A stretch of DNA of 64,000 bases, taken from a virus (Duplodnaviria > Caudoviricetes). Positions 48,791 to 62,000 of this stretch are shown piece after piece (within the stretch, counting starts at the first letter, position 1; every line of letters starts with the position of its first letter). Location of the stretch: IMG/VR virus record IMGVR_UViG_3300028886_000055, positions 1-64,000 of that record; one strand, 5' to 3'. A program made the translations under genes and the position numbers. Below the pieces are notes generated by a model that worked only from the letters and a program-made list of their open reading frames with translations, did not search any database and was not told the DNA's origin.

Positions 48791-51700
48791 TTAATTATAA
48801 CTTTCTTTATATTGAGTAATAATGGCAGAGATAATAGCTAACTAATCTCCAGTATATCTTACTCTAATTCGTACATATTTATCTCTTATTCTTGTCTATT
48901 TTAAACGTCCCCAATAATCAGTTTCTACATCTTGTGGGACTTCTATTTCACCTTTAGCTATCAAATCTTCCGGAATAGGATTCATAGCAACATTAATTGG
49001 AGGTTCGTTTATCCAAGTTTCATTCTTTTCAGCATAATTAATAGATGGTATTTGAATGTCCCAATTATCTTCTGCATATTTACAATTACCTAATCTACGT
49101 CCATATTCAATTTTCTTATAAAGAATTCCATTTTCTTCTTTGACTTGGACATTATGACTCATATAGTATTGCTTTAATCTCTTAGCATCAGGTTCATCCG
49201 TTCCACAAATAGCCTACCATTCATAACCATCTATAGGATAGGCTTTGATATGTGTTGCTACATCGAATTCATTTACAGAACTATCATAGACTATTTCAGA
49301 ACCACTCATCGATTGATAATCCTAAGATTTAGAAGTAAGTCGCTGATAAGTATCATAGATTTTATTTTTCTTATCTACATGAGATACTGTTAATGGAAAC
49401 ATTACAGATTTAGGACTTCTATTAGGATTTACTTTGTCTTTATAATTCTTATCATACGACAGATAAGTGTTCTAATAATTATTTGAATAAACTTGTTTAG
49501 TCTTCTCCTAACGATAATACATATTAGGTTTCTCATCTTTAAAATCATAAACCTGACCTACTACTTCATAATGGAATGATTCTGGCTATGTCTTATTAGC
49601 GATCATTTTAAGGTTATTGAAGATTTTATGTACATTAGGATTATCTGCAACTATAAACTCAAATTCAAACGGATGCTATTCATTATACCAATTGCACCAG
49701 TTGTTCTCTTTATTGTGTTCCCAAAGATAGTTGGCGTCAATAATTTTTTGAGTTTTTAAACCTCCTTGCTAAAGAGAATATTCGTTATCAAACGAATAAT
49801 AAATATTATTAATGTTACCAGAATAAGAAGGAATCCAAGAATAAAATGTTGTAAATTTCTTAGTTATTTCATTATAACATAAATTCCAACCAAGATAATC
49901 ATCATCTATTACTTTAAAGAAAGTAAACATAATGTCTTGTTTATGTTTATTATAATGTGATTTTACATTTAGACTAAGTACATTAGGTTTAGTTTCCTAT
50001 TCATTTACGTCAAGATTGTCTTTTAAGAATTTCTATAACTTAAGGTCAGACAGAACTTCAAACGAATCTCCATAATGCCAAATTTTTTTAGCTACTGTAT
50101 CAATACCATAAACTCCAGTAGCAGTTTGTATTACACTATCAGCCCACTATGAACCGTATTCAGTAGATAGGAACCTTGGTTTATCAGACAATACTTTATT
50201 AGTATCAATGTACGAAAATCCAGATTGTGAATTAGTAGCAACAGCACGTTCATTAACTTCAATTAAAGCAATAGCGTGTTCAAACACACAGATGAGATAA
50301 CCGTCATAATAGTTAACTAATTTGACAATTTCACCATACTATCTAGTATAATCCTAAAATGCAGTTTTTCTAAATGTTCTAAAGTTGTTTATATATGAAT
50401 CCTTAACTGCTAAATCAGAATAAACTATTCTATTTGAAAAATTAGTTTTTAACGCCGGCACTTCTTCCTAAAGGACATACATCTATTCTCCAAGCGACTT
50501 TTCATAAGCTCCATTTTGAACATAAGAATCAGGAATTTTATAGTTAGAAGACGTATTAAATTTTTCTAATGGATAAAAACTTCTACTCTTATTCATGGTA
50601 GCTCTTTCAGTTATATTTGACCCATCAGTACTACGCATACATAAATTAGTGGAAGATAAAACTTTTACTGTTATCCAATGTCCTAATTGTACAGTATTTA
50701 CATCGGCACGATTTAAAAACTATAAGGCGTTTGTATTCATAGCAGAATCGTGTTTATTAACAACATATAAGGATATGTCATCTATACCTTTTACAATAAT
50801 CTAACGTTGTTGCACATCTAACTGAAATCTTAAACCCTTGCCTAAAGTTTTAATATCTGCTATTTCATCGTCGATTGCAAACGAAGGATCTATAAAATTT
50901 CTATTCATACGATGTGTAAAATTACAAATATAACAATCCCCTGAGTATTCATTTGATAAAATGTCGTTTATAGAATATCGTTTACTAATCGGATAATATT
51001 CGCTAGAATCATTCTATCTTAATGTTAAAGCATTTTCTATTACATTTTCATAATTAGGAACAAGTATTTCTATAATTTTATAAACGTCTTGTTTATTAGT
51101 AACTACTAATTTATTATTTATGTACTGTTCTATACCAACATAAGGACCAAAAACTCCTCTAACTATTCCCGAAATGTTAACCTAATCTCCTGTTTTTGTT
51201 TCTTTTTCTTTAAAATTTATTCCATCAATTTCATTATCTTTTTCTTTTAGATCAAATCCTGTATAATAATGTGTAAACGGTAATTTAAATCTGAATGCTT
51301 CTGAAGGGTTACCTGCTTTAGAAGAATATATATTTTCTTTATTTTTTACGGCTTCTGTATTCTCAGGAACGGCTTGAACAAATGTTTTATCGTGTACTGT
51401 ATTATCTTTAAATTTTGTTATATTATTAGGATAAATGTGTAATAAATCATCTTCCTAACTATACTATTGTGTATAAACAGTACGATAATTTAATTCTCCT
51501 CCTGTAAAAATTGTATTATATTCTTGTTGCTTTACTTCATATTCGGGACATATAAACGCGTCTGCTGTAGGTTCTATAAATTTATCGTTTTCTAAAACTT
51601 TAGTATCCGTTTTCTTTTTTTCTATGTTTTCTCTCGCGTATTTTCTAAATAACCATGTTGCATTAAGTTTAGTCAAAGAGTCTTTTCCGATATGCTCCAT

Positions 51701-53560
51701 ATACAAACCATCACCACTCTAACCTAAATACTTAATATTGAATCTATAAATAGGCTTCGTATATTCAGTTATTCCTGTATTACGTAAGGTAAATCTATTA
51801 TCATTTCTATTTTCATAATACGGCTAAAGTATTGACTAAGTAAACCAATCTGTTATATTTTCATGCTAAGTGTTTGTGTTTTCTAAAGTTCCATACAATA
51901 ATGGTAATCTAGAGTATTCTTTATCATATCCTATTCTTACACCTTGAGCCAATATTGTTTTAATTCGTTTTTGTCTAACAAAGAAAAATCCAACTATACC
52001 TAAATTTTTAAGATCTTGTTTTATCTAATTTATGTTAAATTTAACAGATATAGGTTTATTAGTAGATAACACATCAAAATCTGGAACTTTATATATTCCA
52101 AATTTGTTTAACTAATTACCAACTTTTCCAGATATATTAAATACAGGAGTTAAAGTATAAGAGCTGGTTATAAACACTATTCCAAATCGATAAAATTCAT
52201 TAGGCCAATATCCTACACGATAATATATATTATTCGTATTATAGTATCCATTCTTAACGTCTTGGTTTTTCGTAGTATCATTATAGCGTCCATCCAAATT
52301 TCCTATAACATTTATAGATTCTTGCTCAAACACACAATCAATCTTCAGAGATAACTATTCTAAATTTTGATAATGCTAATCCTATTTAGATAAATTACCA
52401 TAGAACAATATATTCTAATTAATACTCTATGCTTTAGCTTTATCTATCGTTAGATAATTAGTATTTATAGTTGTGGAATCAACATCTGTAGTTGGTTCAA
52501 ATCCAGATATAATAAACGTAGAATAATGTTCTTTTTTCTATTCATCATAACTAACTTCAAAATATTTATTTATTTTTTCATAAGTTGTTAAAGCATTGCC
52601 ACTAGCATCTGATGAATTGCGAGAGTAGTAAACATAAACTCTACTAAATTGTCTTGGAATATTAGATAAAGTAAAACCAACTTGTTTATAACTATTTTCA
52701 TTTTCTAGACCTCCATCAATACTGAAAGGATCATTTAAATTACCTTTGTGACAAGTTACCATACTTGACTATCCAACAAAATCAGACTCATTATCATCTG
52801 CATCAGCAAGAGTAAAGTAAAAAGTATATGTTCCTACTTTAAGATTACCACTAGTCTAAACTCCATCAAATTTAATGTCAACGATGTTATTTACTATCTT
52901 ATGTAAAGATGTAGAGTATTCAAAATCTTCTTCAAAATAAATATTTGTATCATTATCTCCAGACCTATCTACTAATTCGTATTCATTATCTCCATATAAT
53001 GAAAATCTAGTATTTATAAGTCTAGGCATATTTTTATTATCTGTAAATATAAGATTTATTGACCCATCATAAGATTTCTAACAATCTATAGTTAATGGAT
53101 GTTCTATATCAAAGTTGAGAGATTTAGTATTAAACTAGGAGTTTACAAGAGTTGTTATTTTCTATTCTTCAGATAGGTTTTTAAACTCATTTGCTGTTAT
53201 GTCAGATAAATAATTGTGTAAAGGCTCGTATCGGTATATCAGTTTACCTCTTTTGTTAGAATAATCTGGAGAGGGAAATGTTCCGATTTCACAATAGTTG
53301 GTTTTCGGATCAACCGAAAATATATAAAGTATACCTCCAAACTCTTTGAGTCCGATAGGTACAAATCCATCTTTTAACTAAACATATGTATCTTTTTCAA
53401 TTGGAATTTTAGAATTACCTACATCATTTTGCAGGATTAGTTCATTTCCATTATATGTAATTAGAGTGCCATTTAAACAGTTAGTTAATACATTATTAGG
53501 AGTAGCTAGAGGATGTGCGTCCATTACTAAACCGTCTTGAAACGTATTAGTTGCGTTCAT
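48791..53560 (-). CDS. tail stabilization / muzzle protein (~1589 aa, TAG=Gln)
   Basis: N-terminus MNATNTFQDGLVMDAHP...LTNCLNGTLITYNGNELILQNDVGN, GYWPNEFYRFGIVF, and C-terminus RDKYVRIRVRYTG...AIITQY match the crAss-type muzzle pattern. Confidence 0.82.
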
Positions 53561-54114
53561 ATTATATCATAATTTTTACTATCTATCATAAGATCTTTTA
53601 ATGTCATTGCTTTTTCTCTTGAATATACCAACTATACATTTTTAATAGTAGCTTGCTCTCTATAATACTAATATCCTAAATCTGTAATTGCTTTAAATCT
53701 GACAAAATGCTTCATACCGTCATAAAATACTTTTGCGGCATCTAAACATTTAAACATTGTTACTTTGTTAACTTTAATGTTTTTAATAGGGTTGACTTTT
53801 GTTAATTTCTCATAATATTTATCTGGAACAGCTAAATGGTAGTATCCATCCCAGTTATGTTTCTGTTCAAAAATATATCTGATTTTCATAAGTAACTTAC
53901 GTTTATAATAATGGTAATGTTTAATACCATCATAAGTTAATTCACCTACATAAAACCATAAATCTTTGTTCTATATTTGAACGTCTAACCCTCGCCTTAC
54001 TAATCTGAACATAAGACGAAATCCAAAGTTTACAATTTTTTTAATATCGGATTTTAAAACATTAGGATATTTCTCTTGCAGCTAATCTATATAATCATCA
54101 ACATATTTAATCAT
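53557..54114 (-). CDS. conserved crAss-like protein, IHF/HU-like (185 aa, TAG=Gln)
   Basis: MIKYVDDYID(Q)LQEKYPNVLKSDIKKIVNFG... ATGA overlaps at both ends. Position in the tail block. The fold call is tentative. Confidence 0.6.
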
Positions 54115-54554
54115 CAGTAATAAGATTTACCATTATTTGCATTTTCAGCTATCTTCATTTTTCTTTTAGTATCAAGATGGATAGGTTTTTCTACAGTATA
54201 ACCAGCTTTTTGATATTTAAATATAGGTAAATATCCTGTAAAATTAGTAGATAAATAATCTATTTCTTTCCAAAGTCCACGTTTTCTACGTTTTAAGAAT
54301 TCTTCATCCGAATATCCTTTAATATAAATTTCTGCAGTTACGCCTTTAGCTAATCTAAAATCAAACGTATTACTATTATCTATAATATCGTCTATTATTA
54401 ACTATAATGCATCTGCAAAAATCATATTAGCAAGATATTCTTTATGTTCTGATTTTACAAGTTCTTTAACGTATTTACGTTCTGTCTTGATACGTCTATT
54501 GTTAAACGGAAGAAATAACTAAGGTCCATTTATAGCATGTCCAAGAGCATACAT
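54114..54554 (-). CDS. conserved crAss-like protein, IHF-like (146 aa, TAG=Gln)
   Basis: MYALGHAING...LIIDDII...IDYLSTNFTGY...NNGKSYY-TGA. The fold call is tentative. Confidence 0.6.
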
Positions 54555-54555
54555 A

Positions 54556-55248
54556 TTAATTAATTGGTTTAAATGACTTTCCGTATATCTTTCTATTAAA
54601 TGTAACTTTTGCATCAAGAATCTTATCCATATCATTCTGATTAATGTATTCAGAAACTCTTGCTGCATCACATAATTGCAACCATCTTTGATTTAAGAGT
54701 TGTGCTTCCTAGATAATTGCCTGATTATGAGTTCTCATACCTTCTTTAAATTTCTAAATATAAGCGATAAAACAAGCTATCGCATCTTTCTATTTCTCAT
54801 TTACATAAGGTAGTCCTTCATCATCAACTTCTTGTCCTTTATATAAGATTTGAATCGGACCATATTCTTTATCAAAGAAAAGTTGATCTCCAACTCTCTC
54901 ATATTTTACATATTTACCTCGTTGGTATAGAGGGTCTTGAAACTCTTTTAATGATTCAATATATGATTCTGTAAACTGTGAGTGAAAATCTCCATTAGGC
55001 GTATCGTTAGTTACTCTATTCCAATCTTCATAGAAATAATTAACCGATTCAATTACATCACAATTACAGGGTAAAGTTACTTGTTTGTTTGCACAATCTA
55101 CGTCTACAACAAATCTATATAATCTTGTATTATGTAAACCTATCTTATTCCAAGCGATTAAAGCAATTTCAATAAGACTATCTGAGTCTGTAAGATCTAC
55201 ATCATACATAAGGTTGGCCTACCACAAAGCTGCTTTAATACTATCCAT
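54556..55248 (-). CDS. tail ring/tubular protein (230 aa, TAG=Gln)
   Basis: MDSIKAALW(Q)ANLMY...LPCNCDVIESV...ILYKG...DDEGLPYV...LCDAARV...YGKSFKPIN. Gene order in the crAss tail block. Confidence 0.72.
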
Positions 55249-55934
55249 TATTTAGGTACTTGATTATTAGGTTGCTAAGGTTGTAATAACTATTTATAAT
55301 AATAAATCTTCTTTTTAGTTATTCTTTCCTTAATTTCTGCATCTAAGAAAGACATATTGTTCATATCTGCATCACATTCGCATCCAAATTTACTAAGTTG
55401 ACGTTCATCTTTAAATACACCAATTACTGTAACACGTTTGACAAAAGGCGCATTAAATACCCAACAATCACACATTCCGTTTTCATTTGGTGATACGTTT
55501 ATATACACATAAGGTTTATCATTTCCCCATTTCCTATAACGTCTATAACGTAGATTATTAGCTTTTGTATAAACAACAAACGGATTCTAGAGGTCTGGAG
55601 AACCTATGTATTCAATACCTACATCTCCAAAATCAGTTAACAATATCGGTATTTCGAAATGCATTGTAGGAGTTCCTCCCCATAAAGAGTTGTTTTCCTA
55701 ACATTTAGAACAGTTCTCAATATCTTTACAATCTATAGGTATACAAGATATTGTTCGCATTAAATCCTACTTAGGAATAATCCCTTTTAATGTATACTAC
55801 TTAATTACTGCAAGTCTTTCTTCTGCTATTTCGTCTTCTAACTATTCTAAAGATAAAGTTAGAGTTGAAGAATAACCTCTTAAACCTCCAACTATATCGT
55901 TATAAATAGCTGATGCTAATTTACTATATGCCAT
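55248..55934 (-). CDS. tail ring protein (228 aa, TAG=Gln)
   Basis: MAYSKLASAIYNDIVGGLRG...HFEIP...IEYIGS...FNAPFVK...PNNQVPK. Confidence 0.7.
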
Positions 55935-55937
55935 AAT

Positions 55938-55966
55938 AAAAAAGGTGGTGGAATCCCACCACCTTT
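55938..55966 (-). terminator. intrinsic terminator
   Basis: Minus strand AAAGGTGGTGG-GATT-CCACCACCTTTTTT, after the auxiliary capsid gene. Confidence 0.8.
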
Positions 55967-55976
55967 AGCTTTTTAA

Positions 55977-57110
55977 TCAAGGATTAGTTTCTTCATTATC
56001 TGTGGAACTATCAGTAGCTGGTTTATTTACTGTACTAGCTTTTCTGGTTTCATCATGTTCAAACTTTTCAATTGTAGCTGGATCATGAGTAGGATCATCA
56101 TTAAGAATGTCACCCTATGTACCGCCTTCACCAGAACGAACACCTGTAACAGTAATAAGTTTTTTATTCCAACCGATGTTTTCAATTGCATGTAACAAAG
56201 CATCGTCAAGACCTGCACCGCAACCACAAGCGGGAACAAAGAAAACATGAGTAGTCTTTGAATGAGTTACCTCACCAACAGCCGAACCACCAAGAACACC
56301 ACGGCAAGAAATCTAATGAATAGTATATTGAGTATACTTGTTGCCAGGAATAGGCATTTCGCTTTCGTTGAGAGATTTCCAGCGGAAGTTCTCCATAGTA
56401 GGAAGACGAAGATCCTTAAGTAACTCTTCATAAGTACCAAAGCCATTTACACCCTGATAAGCATGGATAAACTCTTTCTCAGATTTCCAAACAGGTTGCT
56501 TAGAAGTATCACAGGTATTTTCACCCTCATAACAATCGAATTCCGTAAGTTCATCAACTGTTACCCAACCACCTTCATGATAGGTGCAGCAATCAGAAAT
56601 TTCAGGAACATAAACCTTCAATTGTGCTTCTGTAAACCAACCATAGTTATCGTTTTCAAAGATTAAGTTATTGCCGTCATAAGAAACTTTTAGATAAACA
56701 TCACCATAAAGACGAATAATCTTATTGATCATCTTAGAAATCTTTTCAGCGGTATTCTATTTGTTTGTCCACTCATAATGGAAATCTTTACCTTTAAAGA
56801 CAAAATCATTACTATAGAAAGAATTGTTGTCACCAGAACGTTTTAGATAGAAGTCTAATTTGAATCGCTTAGCATTCTTAATATCATCATCTGCAGCAAC
56901 AGCGGCGTTAAAACCAGCAATGTTAATCTTAAGCTTTGCGTTCATAGGAGCAATATAAGGATTACGATAAATAGCAACAACATCCTCATATTTAAACAAT
57001 TTATTCTCTAGTCTAAGCATATCTTTGCTAGAGTTATCGCCGTTTCCAACAGGATTAATTTCAATCATGTCGGCATCATGAATGAACGTAGTAGTTGTGA
57101 AATCAAACAT
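55977..57110 (-). CDS. probable auxiliary capsid / abundant structural protein (377 aa, TAG=Gln)
   Basis: MFDFTTTTFI...YSNDFVFKGK...GFGTYEELLKDLRLPT...AVGEVTHSKTTHVFFV. Only 3 TAG codons, and it has its own terminator. Confidence 0.68.
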
Positions 57111-57135
57111 AATTATTAAATTTTTTTAAAGTTTA

Positions 57136-58122
57136 TTACTATTGCTGGGCTGGTGGTGCAATAGTCTAATTGACCGCCATATTGGTCTATAATCTTGGAT
57201 CGCTTGCGTTCTCCATAACAAGTTTTACCAACCCATTTAATATCTCTTGACAGACATAATCAGGAAACTCTAGTACCTAAGATGTATCAATGGTGCTGTC
57301 AAGTTGTTCTTGTGTAAGTCTTATATATTGTGGAGTTTTTAAATAGTCAACTCGCACTAAAACTGGTTCAAATACAGAATCGTCCTTTCCATAACGTATC
57401 TCCATTCTAACTGCAGATTTATTACCATAACGATGTCCAGGAAGTCGTTCAATTTGATCATCTTTTGTAGAATCATATGGAACTTTATTACTTTCATATA
57501 ATTTTCTAGAAAGCCCGGAAAGATTAAGTTTAATCAATCCGTTTTCTTCCTTAACTGCAGATATTACAGGATCTGTTCCAGTTCCTAATGGAGATTGTTC
57601 ATCAGTATGATACTCATTAGTTGGAAGCTCATAGGTACCATCTTCTGTCATTGTATTCACATTATGAATAAAGAAATATGGTCTTTTATAAGAAGGCCTC
57701 ATATAAACATTATTTACAATTTGAGACCACATATCTGACGTTAATCTAGAAGCTCCAAATTCTACAGTACTTCCATTATCATAACAATCGTATTTCTTTT
57801 TCACTTTAAATACAACTAAACAGTTTAGAATGTGATAATAGTCGGGAGGTAATTCTACTTCCCATATATTTTCGTAATTTGAACCATAACCACCGTAAAC
57901 CTTTGTGTCTACTCGTCTTGGCTTTAAAGGTTGAGTTGCTTTTAAAACTCTTAAGTTATCCGATGTCTATTGACTTGAATCGTAGACATTATAACTCATA
58001 TTAATATATTGACTAATTGCCTTATTTATAAAGTGATTATAATCTTCAAGGAGTAGACTAGGAGCCTGAACTTTATTTAACTCTGTCAATGCTCCTAGTA
58101 ATAATTTACGAGCAGTAGTCAT
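57136..58122 (-). CDS. structural ring/neck protein (328 aa, TAG=Gln)
   Basis: MTTARKLLLGALTELNKVQAPSLLLEDYNHFINKAI...LPPDYYHILNC...YMRPSYKRPYF...EFPDYVCQEI...ENASDPRL. Confidence 0.72.
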
Positions 58123-58127
58123 ATATT

Positions 58128-58979
58128 TTATTCTTTATTTTTAGTCTTTTTATTACTATCTTCTTTAGCTGCTTCGAGTTCAGGATAAGTATCTCTCTTA
58201 ATGAGTTCGAGTATCTTCTTATTTTTAGGATCTTTTAGATAAGCTAGAACTGCATCTTCAGTAATTCCAAGAACTATATCATCTGCATAAACGTAAACCT
58301 TGTTTTTGATATTAATAACGTGCTTTTCTCGGGCTTCAATAATAAGCAAACGGATACCAGTATCTGAACCAGCGTATACATCAATAATTCTTTGAGGATC
58401 ACGTTGTGCAATATCTAGTAAGTATTCAGTAACTTCAGAATCTGGTGCAGCTTTCATATCTTTACCAAGTAAACGTGCATGGAATACACGTCCCATAGCA
58501 CCTTTTTCATCATCAAAGATATAAGCTTCTGCTTTATGACGAAGTTGACGAGTACTAATACGTTTAACACTTTCAAGCTCAGGAGCCTCAACGTATAGTT
58601 CAGCCAAACCATAACGTGCGTTCATCTTACCACGTGCATCTTCACCGTCAATAAGAAGATTACCTTTTGAATCTCGGGCATCTCTAGATAGGGCAATGAT
58701 TGATGAATGTTTAATACATTCCCATTCTGCTTTTTCCCAGGGATCTTCTAGGTTTAATGTTGTTCCATCTTTTACCTCAAATACTTGAGTTTCTGGAATT
58801 AAAACTTCTCCAGAATTTCTGTCTTTATCAGACAAAATCATATCACCCATACTATTTACCCTGCGAACACAGTCTGGGTATCGTCCTGTGATAGGGTCTT
58901 TTGCTACACCAAGAATATATTTATCTATAACCTTGCCATAGACACTTCTCAAAACAATAATATTTTTATCCATAATCAT
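58128..58979 (-). CDS. conserved capsid-module protein downstream of MCP (possible portal-vertex auxiliary protein)
   Basis: Intact 283-aa ORF without TAG. Function inferred from gene order only. Confidence 0.65.
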   Translation of the reverse strand: MIMDKNIIVLRSVYGKVIDKYILGVAKDPITGRYPDCVRRVNSMGDMILSDKDRNSGEVLIPETQVFEVKDGTTLNLEDPWEKAEWECIKHSSIIALSRDARDSKGNLLIDGEDARGKMNARYGLAELYVEAPELESVKRISTRQLRHKAEAYIFDDEKGAMGRVFHARLLGKDMKAAPDSEVTEYLLDIAQRDPQRIIDVYAGSDTGIRLLIIEAREKHVINIKNKVYVYADDIVLGITEDAVLAYLKDPKNKKILELIKRDTYPELEAAKEDSNKKTKNKE

Positions 58980-58996
58980 TAATCCATATTAAAATA

Positions 58997-59027
58997 TTTA
59001 GTAGGGAGAATTAACTCCCTACTAAAT
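58997..59027 (-). terminator. intrinsic terminator after the major capsid gene
   Basis: ATTTAGTAGGGAG-TTAATT-CTCCCTACTAAAT followed by ATTTT on the minus strand. Confidence 0.7.
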
Positions 59028-59083
59028 TTAAAGTTAAATACCGTATATACTTAAATGTACATACTTAAACTAAGCGTGTAGTA

Positions 59084-62000
59084 TTAAGCTTCGCGTAGTA
59101 TAAAGCTCCTGTCAAATGTTACCTATAAGGCTCTTTATCCTTATATTCTACAGTTTCTTATTTAAGTTATATCTGTAGTTCAGACTATATCATCACCTCA
59201 TTGAGGTGTCGGGCACTCGTGTTAGGATTATTGTTTGTGCTACTCACCTATTAGTCGTTAGAGGTTTATCGTACTTTTATACACTTCCGATACTTCCTAC
59301 GGGATTGTCCACTTCTGGAGGTTCCCCGATTTCACCCGATTTGCTACTAATGTCACCATTAGAAGCCTCACAGTTTGTTATTTTATACGTTTTGTGATAA
59401 ATCCATCCAGAATTACAATACTTTCTCATATGATTTGGATTGCATTCAATATTTATCAGCTCTATTTTAATACAAAACTTCTGTAAGGATTAAATACAGC
59501 GATTGAAGCATAGCCCCAGTTAACTAACTTAGAACCTGCTACAGTACTTGAAACTACACCACTGCTTAGACCATCAAGACCGCCTACACCAGCAATCTTA
59601 TTATACATAAAGTCACCGCCTTTAAGAGTGAACATTGCAACAGCAGGATTACCACTAGTACTATCGCTAGTCAAGTCAATCATCATTGCAAAACCCTTCT
59701 CGCTACCAAACTCACGAGTAAACGTTCTATCAACGATGAACGAAATTGTATTACCTGCAAAATTGTAAGAATTATAAGTAGCGCCTACATTAAGGTAACC
59801 ATTAGCTTCCTTAGACCATAGGTATGTACCATCTGGTTTATAGTTAGCAAGCCAAGCACCAAGTTTGTTTTGGATATCCATCCAAGCCTTTTCGTTGCAA
59901 ATAAAGGCGTACTTGTTGCCTGTAGGCTTCTCAGCCTTCTGATTCATCATACCAATAGCTGTCTGCATAGCATCAACAGTCAACTCGCTGTAAATATACT
60001 TGCTAGCATAGCGTTCAACCTGAGGAATTAAACCATCGTACATATAAATAGGACGATTAGTGTTAGGATCTACAATAGTCGCTTTACCATTCTTATCAAC
60101 ATTGCTCTTACCGAATAGGAGAGCACGGTTACGAACCTCAAGGAAGTTCTTTAACAAGTTTTTCTCAACTGTATCCATCTTGTAAATGGTCTCACTTAGA
60201 AGCTTGCCGTTACCGTCACCTTTGCCGATAGAGATAAATTGAGTCTCCGTTGCTTTATAAAGTGCAGAATAGGTATCATCACAACGATGTGTACCAATAT
60301 AACCACGATGTTTCTCAATATTACTCTAATATTTTACATACATTAATGTTAGCTTTATGTCACCATAAAGATCAGACTATATCTTAATCTAAATATTTAA
60401 ATACAAATCCTTTACAATGTTCTCGTTTTCCTTGTGCTACTAACTTAGCATTTTTATAACCAGCTTTTACACAGTCAGTCATTGTATTAAATTCTTCAAG
60501 AAGATTTCCATCATCATCAAATCTACCAACTTTACCTCCAACATAAGGTTTGTCAACAGTTCCCATATTTCTATGTTTTAATTTCTTCATAAAGGGAACT
60601 TTTTCGTAAGAAAACTAATAGCCTAAAAATTGATGTCCTTCTTTAATTGCCCTAGGTAAATGACCTCCACCTTTTGCTGAAGGATTTAAAAATCGGCCTG
60701 CAGAATTCACACTATCAAACTCTCTTACAAAATTTCCATCTAAATCATACATATAAACAGCTTTTCTTGGATTAGCACAATCAGGAAGTCTTCCTCCTAA
60801 CGCTAGATTATATACATCCTCTCTTTGTAAAAATTCTTTATTTACTAATTCTTCTTCAAGCTTATATGCATCTTTTTCATTTTCAAATTCTTTTATTGTA
60901 GTTCTAACAAAATTTTTAACTCCGTATTTTTTAACTGCGGATTGAAAAGGAGTTTTAGGATTCATATAAGTTGTAGGTCTATATATTGATACACCATTTC
61001 CGATATAACCGTCAAAATCATCCTGCTCCGTACCATGTACTCCTATATAAATTTTATTATTAATTTTACAGACTGTTTGATATACTATATATTTCATTTT
61101 GTATTTAAATTTTAGATTTATTCCATTTCGGAGTTTATTTCTCCTACGTCTTTCAGACTAGTCGTTGAACCTTCCTTAGTACTTCTCAATGAGTTTGTAT
61201 TATCTAAGGCTTGGCTGCTGATTGTCTTAAAAAAGAGTTCCCAGCAATTAGAAATATTTTTTTAATTTTTCGCTGTCGTAGCATCAGCGGAAGAGAGCAA
61301 TGTAAAAGGACCATAAAGTCTAAGGGTCACCCTCTTCGTGTAATTCGGGCATATAATTTGCTATAAAGCGAGCAGTATCACCAACAGAATATTCTGTGGG
61401 GTCAATACCATTCTTTAAATCAGTAGTAATGTATCGACATTCACAAATCCAATAGTTATCAGCTCTACGGATAGGTCTAGCAATTACTTGGAACTGTTCA
61501 AAGGTATTATCCATACGAAAAGTATCATATTTTTCAAAATAACGCTCTTTGAAAGCAAACATAATAGAAGTGCCATTGCAACCATCACCTTCAGGTGTTG
61601 CAGCAAGTTCTATACGTTTAATGTAATTTGTTTCAACCTCCCATTCAAAAGTCATACCATCAATTGACTGGAACTTATCAGCCTTCTTCAAATCACGATA
61701 GAAGACATTTCTAAGAGCTTCAGTAAGATAACCTGCTGTAAGCTCAGGATACATTCTACTTACAATACCCAATCTTTCTGGGCGAGTACCAAGGAACTTA
61801 TAGAAATCTTCATAAGTTCTTGTTTCCAATTTTGTTACCGTATTAGTTCTTTATCTAACACTTCTAATGTTTTATCATCACATTAGTTCAGACTATATCA
61901 TCATCTTAAAATAAGATGTTTCGCGCTCGTGTCGAAATATTGTTTGTGTTACTCATTCATTAGTCGTTGAACCTTCTTAGTACTTTTACACACTTCCTAA

